Source: Chitinophagaceae bacterium
GTDB lineage: Bacteria > Bacteroidota > Bacteroidia > Chitinophagales > Chitinophagaceae
DNA length: 64,000 nt
Reading direction: 5' to 3'
Assembly (NCBI GenBank): GCA_947455605.1
Contig: CANGOX010000008.1
Coordinates: 112 to 64,111, forward strand
The position numbers were made by a program, and so were the translations under genes. Below the pieces are notes generated by a model. It ran no database searches, was not told the DNA's origin, and saw nothing but the letters and a program-made list of their open reading frames with translations. Below, in pieces: positions 38,540 through 46,361 of this stretch. Every line of letters begins with the position of its first letter. Position 1 is the first letter of the stretch.

Positions 38540-38580
38540 TATATTATCAAATATATTGAACGTTTTCTATATTATCAAAT
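38540..38580. promoter_or_regulatory. 13-nt perfect direct repeat in the Lrp promoter region (candidate Lrp sites)
   Basis: tatattatcaaat at 38540-38552 and 38568-38580, 28 nt start to start, in AT-rich DNA 30-70 nt upstream of the Lrp ATG. Confidence 0.45.
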
Positions 38581-38663
38581 AATTTATTGAATTTTTTACA
38601 ACAAATGGGGAATATGTGCTAATATTGTCTTGTCAAACAAACATTGACAGCGTTCTTATATAC

Positions 38664-38835
38664 TGTGGGGTGATGAAATTTTTGGCAGACATGCCCTCTT
38701 GTCTCGGGGGTGAGGATAACAGGATAAACGTAGCATAGAGCCATTTGAGTAGCAATATTCAGGTGACCGGGGTCGACCACCGAACTTTGTACTACAGCTA
38801 ACTGCCTCGTGGAGGTTCGATCCCTCCCCCTACAG
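38664..38835 (+). ncRNA. Unassigned tRNA-like RNA with a 100-nt insert in the variable-region position
   Basis: Elements, 5' to 3':
- Acceptor: tgtgggg (38664-70) pairs with ccctaca (38828-34), 7 bp including one G.U.
- A 2-nt spacer.
- 3-bp D-like stem atg/cat with GG in the loop.
- 1 nt.
- 5-bp stem ccctc/ggggg around the 7-nt loop ttGTCtc (38694-38710).
- 100-nt insert closed by gagg/cctc.
- Canonical T-arm ggagg-TTCGATC-cctcc (38811-27).
- Discriminator g; no encoded CCA.
A strong terminator follows directly. Confidence 0.45.
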
Positions 38836-38840
38836 CAAAA

Positions 38841-38874
38841 AAGCCGCAACTGAAACATCAGTTGCGGCTTTTTT
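38841..38874. terminator. Strong bidirectional rho-independent terminator
   Basis: 11-bp perfect stem gccgcaactga/tcagttgcggc (38843-53 / 38858-68), loop aaca, A run upstream and T6 downstream. Confidence 0.9.
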
Positions 38875-38891
38875 ATTTTGTGCTACGGCAG

Positions 38892-38990
38892 TTGAACATT
38901 AGAATAGATGAACAAGGAACAGATGAATGTTGAATGAATACTTTCTTTCAGTTCATCCGTCCCCTGTTCTTCTGTTCATCTGTTCATTTC
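38892..38990. repeat. Imperfect stutter palindrome (GATGAACA/GAACAG words) overlapping the GH97 stop
   Basis: ...tagatgaacaaggaacagatgaatg... pairs with ...cagttcatccgtcccctgttcttctgttcatctgttca... Confidence 0.65.
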
Positions 38991-41101
38991 ACCGCAACAA
39001 AACTCACAGCCACCCCACCTCCATTGGCCAATACCAGATGCAGGCTGCTGTTAGCGTCTACTGTTTGCTTTGTTATCTTATAAGCTTCAGGGTTCTTTTG
39101 AAAATCTGCATCAGACGCATCTGCATAAATGATAGCAGTGTATTTTTTGCCTTTATCAAGAAAGCTTAAGCTGATATCCGTTGTTCTTCCATGTTCATCT
39201 GTGATACCGCCGAGAAACCAATTGTCTTTCCCTTTTTCTTTCCGGGCAATGGTCAGGTAATCGCCGGGCTCTGCTTCCAGGATCTTTGTATCATCCCAAT
39301 CAACTGCCACATCTTTGATGAATTGAAATGCATCGGCTTTAGCTAAGTAGTTTTTTGGAAGATCAGCTGCCATCTGCACAGGACTATAGAGTGTAACATA
39401 CAAGGCCAATTGTTTAGCCAACGTTGTATGCAATTGTCTTTCGGGTGCATACGCTGCATATCCTTTCAGTTTAAAGATACCCGGAGTATAGTCCATAGGC
39501 CCACCCATTAAACGGGTAAAAGGCAGGATCGTTTCATGTTCTGCCGGATTACCATCATCGCTGAAAGCATTGAATTCATTGCCTCTGGCGGCTTCATTGG
39601 CCATCCAGTTGGGATAGGTGCGTTGCAAGCCGGTAGGTCTTACCGGCTCATGCATATCCACCATTACTTTATGATCCAATGCTTTTTGTGCCACACGTTC
39701 GTAATGGTTTACCATCCATTGTCCGTCGTGATGCTCACCACGGGGAATGATCTTTCCTACATACCCTGTTTTCACCGCAGGGAAGCCAAACTGATTCATG
39801 AATTTATAAGCAGTATCCAATTGTCTTTCATAATTGGTAGCTGATCCCGATGTTTCATTATGCATGATCATGGAAATACCTTTTGATTTGGCATAGCGCA
39901 CAATTTCTTTTACATCGTAATCAGGATAGGGCGTTACAAAATCAAATACATTTTCTTTCCAGTTCCCAAACCAGTCTTCCCATCCTGTATTCCATCCTTC
40001 TACCAGTACTCCTTTGATATTACTGGCCGCATCAAAATCAATATATTTTTTTACATTGGCCGTATTGGCGCTGTGTTTCCCATTCGGAATAAGTTTACCA
40101 TCCTTACCCAAACTATCCGGAAAATCAGAATAATTCCATCCGCCCATACCCACCTGCATCTCCCACCACACACCTACAAACTTCATCGGCTTGATCCAGG
40201 ATGTGTTCTTTGTTTTTGCAGGATCATTCAGGTTCAATATCATTTTAGAAGCCAGGATATCAGTTGCCTGATCGCTTACCAGTATGGTTCTCCAGGGTGT
40301 ATGTGATGGTGCGTGCAGGTAAGCTTTGTTACCATAGGCATCCGGCACCAGACTGCTGGTTAAACGATAGTTGTTGTTATTTACATGCAGCTGCATGGCA
40401 GGATAGTTCAATAAAGCGGCTTCATGAATATTGATATATACTCCGTCTGCAGACTTCATCATCAAAGGTGTTTGCACCGCTTTGTTATCCGGTGCTACGC
40501 GCGTAGAAATGGAAGTGCTTTTGGCAACCATAGCTGCATTATCGATCTCACTCAGTTTGGTGGTGGAATAAGGATATTCATTCGAATCATAATCGCCCGG
40601 GATCCAGAATGTTTTATGATCACCGGTAAGTGTAAACTGTGTTAATTCATTGGCCACAATAAAATATTTCAAACCGGGTTGCACTGGAAATTCATAACGA
40701 AAGCCTACTCCCTCTGCAAATACTTTAAAAACAATATCGAGTAAAAGACCGGTTGTTTTTTGTTTCAGGTGAACATTTAGCTGCTGGTAATGATTCCGGA
40801 TATTTTTTACTTCACCCCAAACAGGCTGCCAGTTTTCATCAACCGATCTGGTTTCTGTTGACAGCAATACAAAATTGCTATGCAGGTTCTTCGCATCCAT
40901 CAATGCAAACCCCATTTCGGAAGGCGCGATCACCGGTTTGTTCTTATAAGACACAGCATACACAGGAACGCCGGCAGCAGTAAGGGAAATATCCAGTTTG
41001 ATGTTTTCCATCGCAATGGCTGATACTTTGGTTTCCTGGGCGAACAGGGTTTGCATAGAAAAAACGGAGATCAGGATGATCATGGCTTTTTTCGGAGACA
41101 T
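38984..41101 (-). CDS. Glycoside hydrolase family 97 (SusB-like alpha-glucosidase)
   Basis: GVLVEGWNTGWEDW, MIMHNETSG and VKTGYVG motifs, about 700 aa. ATG 41101 gives a signal peptide (MSPKKAMIILISVFSMQTLFAQ). The ORF is open to 41179. Confidence 0.85.
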   Translation of the reverse strand: MSPKKAMIILISVFSMQTLFAQETKVSAIAMENIKLDISLTAAGVPVYAVSYKNKPVIAPSEMGFALMDAKNLHSNFVLLSTETRSVDENWQPVWGEVKNIRNHYQQLNVHLKQKTTGLLLDIVFKVFAEGVGFRYEFPVQPGLKYFIVANELTQFTLTGDHKTFWIPGDYDSNEYPYSTTKLSEIDNAAMVAKSTSISTRVAPDNKAVQTPLMMKSADGVYINIHEAALLNYPAMQLHVNNNNYRLTSSLVPDAYGNKAYLHAPSHTPWRTILVSDQATDILASKMILNLNDPAKTKNTSWIKPMKFVGVWWEMQVGMGGWNYSDFPDSLGKDGKLIPNGKHSANTANVKKYIDFDAASNIKGVLVEGWNTGWEDWFGNWKENVFDFVTPYPDYDVKEIVRYAKSKGISMIMHNETSGSATNYERQLDTAYKFMNQFGFPAVKTGYVGKIIPRGEHHDGQWMVNHYERVAQKALDHKVMVDMHEPVRPTGLQRTYPNWMANEAARGNEFNAFSDDGNPAEHETILPFTRLMGGPMDYTPGIFKLKGYAAYAPERQLHTTLAKQLALYVTLYSPVQMAADLPKNYLAKADAFQFIKDVAVDWDDTKILEAEPGDYLTIARKEKGKDNWFLGGITDEHGRTTDISLSFLDKGKKYTAIIYADASDADFQKNPEAYKITKQTVDANSSLHLVLANGGGVAVSFVAVK

Positions 41102-41241
41102 ATGGCAGCGTTTTGAATACAGGGACCGGGGATGGTCCGGGGTGATTAATGTGTTAAAGTTACACAAAAGAAATTGCACGAAAAGGCGCAGGGACGCTGT
41201 TTGGGTAAGAAAATTAAAAAACAGGATAGCCGCTAAGATTT

Positions 41242-41249
41242 TACATTTG
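41242..41249 (+). promoter_or_regulatory. Bacteroidota-type -7 box (TAnnTTTG) for trmB
   Basis: TACATTTG ends 7 nt before the trmB ATG, implying a very short leader. Confidence 0.4.
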
Positions 41250-41256
41250 CAGCCTT

Positions 41257-41961
41257 ATGGGACAAAAGAAACTCATCCGTTTTGAAGCCATTAAGCATTT
41301 TGATAATGTGCTGGAATACCCGCAGAACATGCCGGGTAAATGGAATGGCTTTTTCAAGAATGAAGGCAGCCTTACCCTGGAACTCGCCTGTGGTAAAGGC
41401 GAATATGCAGTTGGATTAGGCAGAATGCATCCTGCCCGTAATTTTATCGGCATTGATATAAAGGGTAACCGCATCTGGCGGGGTGCCAAAACGGCTTTGG
41501 ATGAGGGATTGACCAATGTGGCTTTTGTTCGTTCACATATTGATAAGGTTACCGACTATTTTACCCCTGGTGAGGTAGCAGAAATATGGATCACTTTCCC
41601 CGACCCTCAATTACGTGGCTCAAGGGCTAAAAAAAGGCTTACCCATCCCCGCTTTCTTCGCTTATATAAAAAGATCCTGAAGGAAGGCGGACTGGTGAAC
41701 CTGAAAACAGACAGCCCCGATCTTTATCATTTTACTTTGGCTGTGATCAACTTATTTGAATTGGAATTGTTGGAACATACAGACCAGGTTTACAAGCAGG
41801 AACTGATTAAGCCGGAGTTGATGATCAAAACGCATTATGAAGGACTGGATATAGCTCAGAGCAATACCATACATTATATCTGTTTCCGCATTAACAAAGA
41901 ACTTCCTTTAGAAAAAGATGAAGTATTAAAACAACTACTGAGTGAGCCAGATATTGACTGA
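41257..41961 (+). CDS. trmB: tRNA (guanine46-N7)-methyltransferase
   Basis: SAM motif LELACGKGEY and WITFPDPQ. Confidence 0.9.
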   Translation: MGQKKLIRFEAIKHFDNVLEYPQNMPGKWNGFFKNEGSLTLELACGKGEYAVGLGRMHPARNFIGIDIKGNRIWRGAKTALDEGLTNVAFVRSHIDKVTDYFTPGEVAEIWITFPDPQLRGSRAKKRLTHPRFLRLYKKILKEGGLVNLKTDSPDLYHFTLAVINLFELELLEHTDQVYKQELIKPELMIKTHYEGLDIAQSNTIHYICFRINKELPLEKDEVLKQLLSEPDID

Positions 41962-42172
41962 AGGCATTGATTTTTATCACGACGAACATGGATATGTGGT
42001 CTTTACCGAACACTATCATCTGAGCAAAGGTCATTGCTGCGGACATGGTTGCCGTCATTGTCCTTACCAATATGACTCAGTGCCCGAACCCCGCCGTTCT
42101 GAACTGTTGGACCAAAAGAATGAGCTCTCCGCCACTCCCGCCGCTTCCATTGTTGTGCCCGCACAACAATAA
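41942..42172 (+). CDS. DUF5522-like small Cys-rich protein
   Basis: GHCCGHGCRHCPY motif. Overlaps the trmB 3' end by 20 nt with GTG 41942, or 8 nt with TTG 41954. Confidence 0.6.
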   Translation: MSQILTEGIDFYHDEHGYVVFTEHYHLSKGHCCGHGCRHCPYQYDSVPEPRRSELLDQKNELSATPAASIVVPAQQ

Positions 42173-42276
42173 TCAAAAGAGCTGTAAAGCACCTCGAAAA
42201 TGAGATGCTGATTTTGTTCTTCACCTAACGCAAGAACTGTCTTAAATAGGTAAATTGCCTTAACAAACCCAAACCC

Positions 42277-42660
42277 TTGGCAGCAAAAAAACCACCTGAA
42301 AAATTAACATCCGTTTTGCCCAGCGGTAAAAAAGACAGCTCCTTTTTTGAGCAGGTATATGATGTGGCACGTCAGATACCCAAAGGGCGTGTTACTTCCT
42401 ACGGCGCTATTGCTGCCTATCTCGGCACCAAAATGAGTGCACGCTTGGTAGGCTGGGCAATGAATGGTGCACACCTCATGAAAGATATCCCTGCTCACCG
42501 CGTAGTGAACCGCAACGGCATGCTCTCAGGTAAAATGCATTTCTCAACACCCACAAGGATGGAAGAACTGCTTAAAAAAGAAAAAGTAACAGTAGTGGAT
42601 GATGTGATCGTGGACTTTGAGAAGAAGTTCTGGGACCCAGCGGTGGAACTGTCACTCTGA
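42277..42660 (+). CDS. Alkyltransferase-like (ATL) protein: MGMT DNA-binding domain lacking the acceptor Cys
   Basis: IPKGRVTSYGAIA helix-turn-helix region. The active-site position reads PAHRVV instead of PCHRV. Confidence 0.8.
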   Translation: MAAKKPPEKLTSVLPSGKKDSSFFEQVYDVARQIPKGRVTSYGAIAAYLGTKMSARLVGWAMNGAHLMKDIPAHRVVNRNGMLSGKMHFSTPTRMEELLKKEKVTVVDDVIVDFEKKFWDPAVELSL

Positions 42661-42663
42661 TTG

Positions 42664-42755
42664 ATTGGGAAATTTTGGAATTGGGAAATTGGGAAATTGA
42701 AAAGGCAGAAAGACATTCTGAGATGTAAAGAAATTTCCCAATTTCCCAATTTCAT
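42664..42755. repeat. Stutter palindrome (TTGGGAAAT words) between convergent genes
   Basis: attgggaaattgggaaatt (42680-98) pairs 19/19 with aatttcccaatttcccaat (42732-50). Confidence 0.9.
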
Positions 42756-42777
42756 TCCGGCTTAGCCGGGACCAAAA

Positions 42778-43362
42778 TTAACGATAGTACGGGCTGATCA
42801 ACAAATACACAACCGGTCCGGTAACTGCCACATAGAACCATAAAGGCCAGGTAATTTTGGCCAGTTTTTTATGAAGGGGAAATTCTGCAGTTAAGCCGCG
42901 ATAGGCAGTGAATAAAATAAAAGGCAGAATGATGGATGCCAGGAAAATATGGGTACCAAGGATAATATAATAAACGTAGCGCATAGCTCCTGCCTGTTGT
43001 TTTTCTTCTTCAGACAAGATGCCATCCAGGTTACTGTCGCCAAACCTCGCTTCGCCTGCAAATAAACGATGGGCAATATAAGATAACAGGAAAAGCACAG
43101 ACAAAATCAGCGCTGTCATCATCAACTGCTTATGCAGTTTATATTTCCCGTTCTTAACTACTACCAGGGCAGCTACCAGCAATACAGCAACAATTGAATT
43201 GATCACTGCGTTGATGGTTGCAAATATGTGCACATTAAAACCCAGGTCTACATTAAGTTTGAATTGCCCGAGCAATACTACCACACTGAATACGACTACT
43301 GAAAAGATTCCGATCAGCCAGGCAGCTTTTTTATCATTCTTTGAAATGGATGCTTCTAACAT
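42778..43362 (-). CDS. DUF420 membrane protein (CtaM-like oxidase accessory factor)
   Basis: 4-5 TM helices with DUF420-type sequence, in its typical position at the end of a cox cluster. Confidence 0.7.
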   Translation of the reverse strand: MLEASISKNDKKAAWLIGIFSVVVFSVVVLLGQFKLNVDLGFNVHIFATINAVINSIVAVLLVAALVVVKNGKYKLHKQLMMTALILSVLFLLSYIAHRLFAGEARFGDSNLDGILSEEEKQQAGAMRYVYYIILGTHIFLASIILPFILFTAYRGLTAEFPLHKKLAKITWPLWFYVAVTGPVVYLLISPYYR

Positions 43363-43440
43363 GGTTGGTTTATTGGTTTACTTGTTTAGTGGTTTATTGG
43401 TTTTCATGGCCTACTTATCAACGAGTAAACCAATAAACTA
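43363..43440. repeat. Stutter palindrome (GGTTTATT words) between sco and the DUF420 gene
   Basis: gtttattggtttact (43368-82) pairs 15/15 with agtaaaccaataaac (43424-38). Confidence 0.8.
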
Positions 43441-43452
43441 ATCAACAAAAAT

Positions 43453-44265
43453 TTATCCATTTAGTTTTCTCCGGCCACGCATATACACTACAAAAAAGAT
43501 CACGGCGCAAACAATGATGAGCCATAACCAGCTCAGGTTAAGGATCTCGGCGAATACTTCGCTTTTTTGTGTCTTGTCTTTTTCCAGCATCAGTACACCG
43601 ATATCGCGGGCCAGTTTGGAGATGGAGGAAGAATCCAATCCATTATAATAACCGCGTACCCGATAAGCTTTGTCGATCAATATAAAACGGCTGGTGTGTA
43701 CAAAATCCGGACTGATGGGTTCATCACTGTACTTATCTACTTTCATTTCTTCGAAAGCAAACTTGTAAATGGAATCTTTACTGCCGGTTAGCATCCACCA
43801 GTTATCATGGTTTACATGATAGCGGTCGGCATAGTTTTTCAGAACAGAAACACTATCTCTTTCCGGGTCTATCGAGAACGAAATGAATTGTACAATGGAG
43901 GTGTCGATCTTATTTCTGGTATCACCGCCGCGGATAAAGGATTGCTGCAGCTTTGCCATATTGGTGGTTAACCTCGGACAGATACTGCCGCACCTGGTAA
44001 AAAAGAAATCAGCTACAATGATCTTTCCCGGTTTATCATAGAGGCTTACTGTATCGCCCAATTGATTTTGCAAATGGATATTTGCTGTTTGGTGCCAGAT
44101 AGTGTCGGAGATCATTTTGCCTTTATCTACACGGCTCACCACCGTATCATAAAAGTATTTCCGTGGCATATCTACGGCCCTTTCACTGGCAAACTTCAAT
44201 ACCAGGTAACAGAACACGGGCAGCAAAACCGCTACCGACAGGCCCATCAACGCTTTCTTATTCAT
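43453..44265 (-). CDS. SCO1/SenC-family copper chaperone with N- and C-terminal hydrophobic helices
   Basis: Thioredoxin-fold CxxxC motif FFFTRCGSICP and a distal His. There is an extra C-terminal helix (LSWLWLIIVCAVIFFVVY). Confidence 0.85.
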   Translation of the reverse strand: MNKKALMGLSVAVLLPVFCYLVLKFASERAVDMPRKYFYDTVVSRVDKGKMISDTIWHQTANIHLQNQLGDTVSLYDKPGKIIVADFFFTRCGSICPRLTTNMAKLQQSFIRGGDTRNKIDTSIVQFISFSIDPERDSVSVLKNYADRYHVNHDNWWMLTGSKDSIYKFAFEEMKVDKYSDEPISPDFVHTSRFILIDKAYRVRGYYNGLDSSSISKLARDIGVLMLEKDKTQKSEVFAEILNLSWLWLIIVCAVIFFVVYMRGRRKLNG

Positions 44266-44278
44266 ATTGGGTATCTAT

Positions 44279-44309
44279 AAAAAAACCATCGCCATAAAAG
44301 CGATGGTTT
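44279..44309 (-). terminator. Rho-independent terminator after coxIV
   Basis: 10-bp stem aaaccatcgc/gcgatggttt with a 7-nt loop and T7 on the minus strand. Confidence 0.75.
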
Positions 44310-44340
44310 AATAATTATTTGAAAAGATGACAAACGATTC

Positions 44341-44796
44341 TTATTCCACCACTTTTTTCTCTTCTTCAACAGGCTTTGCTTCTTCTTTCTTCTCTTCGTG
44401 CTTGGCTTCCTCTTTCTTTTCTACTTTAATGGTGCTTTGTTCTTTAAAGTGTGGATCGTAGGTGTTTCTCAGGTGACGGAATGAGTTTCCATCATATAAG
44501 AAAGCAATGATGAACCAAACAAACAATGCCAAAGGCACTACGATGGTCATGATCAGGTTTTTGATCTCATGTTTCAGGTGCATAAAATAACCAACAATGT
44601 AAAAGGCTTTGGCCAGCATCAGAATAATGATGGTTCCTTTTACAGCAAGTCGTAAACCGCTTTCCAGTGGCATACCCATCATCCAGAAACCTAAAGCCAG
44701 TTCAATAATGGTTAAGACAGAAAGGATGATCGTTACTTTTACGATCTCTTTAACTCCGCCGCCGCTATGTTCTTCGTGTGCTACTGTATGTTCCAT
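44341..44796 (-). CDS. Cytochrome c oxidase subunit IV-family protein with a Lys/Glu-rich tail
   Basis: 3 TM helices and the prokaryotic CoxIV-like pattern. C-terminal tail KVEKKEEAKHEEKKEEAKPVEEEKKVVE. Confidence 0.75.
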   Translation of the reverse strand: MEHTVAHEEHSGGGVKEIVKVTIILSVLTIIELALGFWMMGMPLESGLRLAVKGTIIILMLAKAFYIVGYFMHLKHEIKNLIMTIVVPLALFVWFIIAFLYDGNSFRHLRNTYDPHFKEQSTIKVEKKEEAKHEEKKEEAKPVEEEKKVVE

Positions 44797-44830
44797 AATA
44801 TCTTATTATAAAATTATCATATAAAAAATC

Positions 44831-44868
44831 TGTCCATTGTCCATAGACCATGGACCATGGTCTTGGTC
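44831..44868. repeat. Stutter repeat (GGACCATGG/TGTCCAT words)
   Basis: tgtccattgtccatagaccatggaccatggtcttggtc. The same words occur at 63308-63375. Confidence 0.7.
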
Positions 44869-45549
44869 TTAAATCAGGTAGAAACAGGTAAATACAAATA
44901 CCCAAACCAGGTCTACAAAGTGCCAGTACAAACCGGCTTTTTCGATCATCAGGTAATGGCCGCGTTTTTCAAACTTGTCCAGTAAGGTCATGATCAACAT
45001 AATGATATTGATGATCACACCAGAGAACACGTGGAATCCGTGGAATCCGGTGATCGTAAAGAAGTAATTGGTAAAATTGGTAGAAGAAGCCGTTCCGTCA
45101 TGATTCAGGAAAGGATTGCTGCCCCACCAGGCACCTTCAGCATGCAGGTGGTTCCACTCCCAAGCCTGACAGCTTAAGAAAGCGATACCGCCGATAATGG
45201 TCCAGATCAGGTTTTTCACCACTCCTTTCTTATCCATATTATGACCGGCATGTACAGCCAGTACCATGGTAACAGAACTGATGATCAGGATAAAGGTCAT
45301 GATACTCACAAACACCAACGGTGCATGTACCCCTTCCGGTGCAAAAGGGAAGCTTCTAAACACTTCATTCGGGTCAGGCCAGCCATTGGTTGAAAAACGA
45401 ATGGTACCATAAGAGATCAGGAATGCGCCAAAAGTGAAAGCATCGCTCATCAGGAAGTACCACATCATCAATTTGCCGTATTCTACGTTGAAAGGGCTTT
45501 TTCCGCCGCTCCACATTTTGGTTGGTGTAACCGTAGTTGATGTTGACAT
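44869..45549 (-). CDS. Cytochrome c oxidase subunit III
   Basis: Heme-copper oxidase subunit III family (WHFVDLVWVFVF motif). Confidence 0.85.
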   Translation of the reverse strand: MSTSTTVTPTKMWSGGKSPFNVEYGKLMMWYFLMSDAFTFGAFLISYGTIRFSTNGWPDPNEVFRSFPFAPEGVHAPLVFVSIMTFILIISSVTMVLAVHAGHNMDKKGVVKNLIWTIIGGIAFLSCQAWEWNHLHAEGAWWGSNPFLNHDGTASSTNFTNYFFTITGFHGFHVFSGVIINIIMLIMTLLDKFEKRGHYLMIEKAGLYWHFVDLVWVFVFTCFYLI

Positions 45550-45627
45550 GTTCTAAGTCTAAAGTTTCGTTACAAAAATATTGGCTACCGTTCAAAAAAG
45601 GTGAATAAACCTCAACTTTTTCTTCAA

Positions 45628-46206
45628 CTAACCTATCCAGTTATAAAAGATGAATAAATAGATCCAGATCGCATCTACAAAATGCCAATATGTTCCGGCC
45701 AGTTCTATTGGCATAGCGCTATAATTCTTCACTTTCTGCCTGTAAGCCTTGAAAAATATGACCAGCAAAGCAATTACACCGCCCAAAACATGCAACATGT
45801 GCAAAAACGTGATCACAAACAGAAAAGAAGCAGCAGAATTACTTTTGGCACCCGTTAAAGCGATATTCTTCAGTTCCAGACTTTGAAAGCCCAGCCCCTG
45901 CATCACTAAAAAGAGAACACCCAGTATGGCCGTGATCGTAACCAGGTTACGGTAACGGTTCATTTCCCTTGCTTTAAAAGCTTTGATGGCCAGCTGGATC
46001 GTTACACTGCTTGCCAGTATCACAAACGTAGAATACCAGAAGATCCTCGGTAATTCAAATTCGAGCCAGCTGCTCTGGTTCTTTTTTACAATATAGGCGC
46101 TGGTTAAAGCCGCAAACATCATCACTATACTACCCATACCCACCCACAAGGTAAACTTGTGCGGGTGAATCTTTTGGGGCTCTCGGGTCTGCACGGTTGT
46201 CATCAT
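45628..46206 (-). CDS. Cytochrome c oxidase subunit III-family protein (second paralogue)
   Basis: YWHFVDAIWIYLF motif and 5 TM helices. Confidence 0.8.
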   Translation of the reverse strand: MMTTVQTREPQKIHPHKFTLWVGMGSIVMMFAALTSAYIVKKNQSSWLEFELPRIFWYSTFVILASSVTIQLAIKAFKAREMNRYRNLVTITAILGVLFLVMQGLGFQSLELKNIALTGAKSNSAASFLFVITFLHMLHVLGGVIALLVIFFKAYRQKVKNYSAMPIELAGTYWHFVDAIWIYLFIFYNWIG

Positions 46207-46361
46207 TATTTTTAATTAATAATTAAAAATTAGAAATTAATAATTTCTTGTGTTCGAACTTTGGTCCATTGATCAGCATCGTTGTGTCACTCACTTGTAC
46301 GTCCCTTTCGTTACGCATCATTAGATAATTACTAATTATTAATTACTAATTTCTAATTATC
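46207..46361. repeat. AT-only stutter arms flanking a 70-nt normal-composition core, inside the cox operon
   Basis: Left run 46207-46247 and right run 46318-46361. aattagaaatta (46228-39) pairs 12/12 with taatttctaatt (46347-58). Confidence 0.75.

Noticed and set aside
38619-38858. 79-aa minus-strand ORF from the track.
   Set aside because: It is antisense to the tRNA-like RNA and terminator, has no sensible start context, and is Cys/Arg-rich junk typical of reading across structured RNA.
38511-38874. The T-arm/acceptor-like 3' end followed by a terminator could be tmRNA (ssrA), RNase P RNA or SRP RNA.
   Set aside because: Several expected features are missing:
- No GGGGCUGA...GACAGCGGGCAG-type 5' domain pairs with the 3' acceptor strand.
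- No ...YALAA-type tag frame is visible.
- The available length (172 nt between the pairing ends, at most 326 nt of gap) is too short for a Bacteroidota tmRNA.
- I saw no RNase P P4 motif (GAGGAAAGUCC) and no SRP domain IV motif (GGAAGCAGC).

It is kept as an unassigned tRNA-like RNA.
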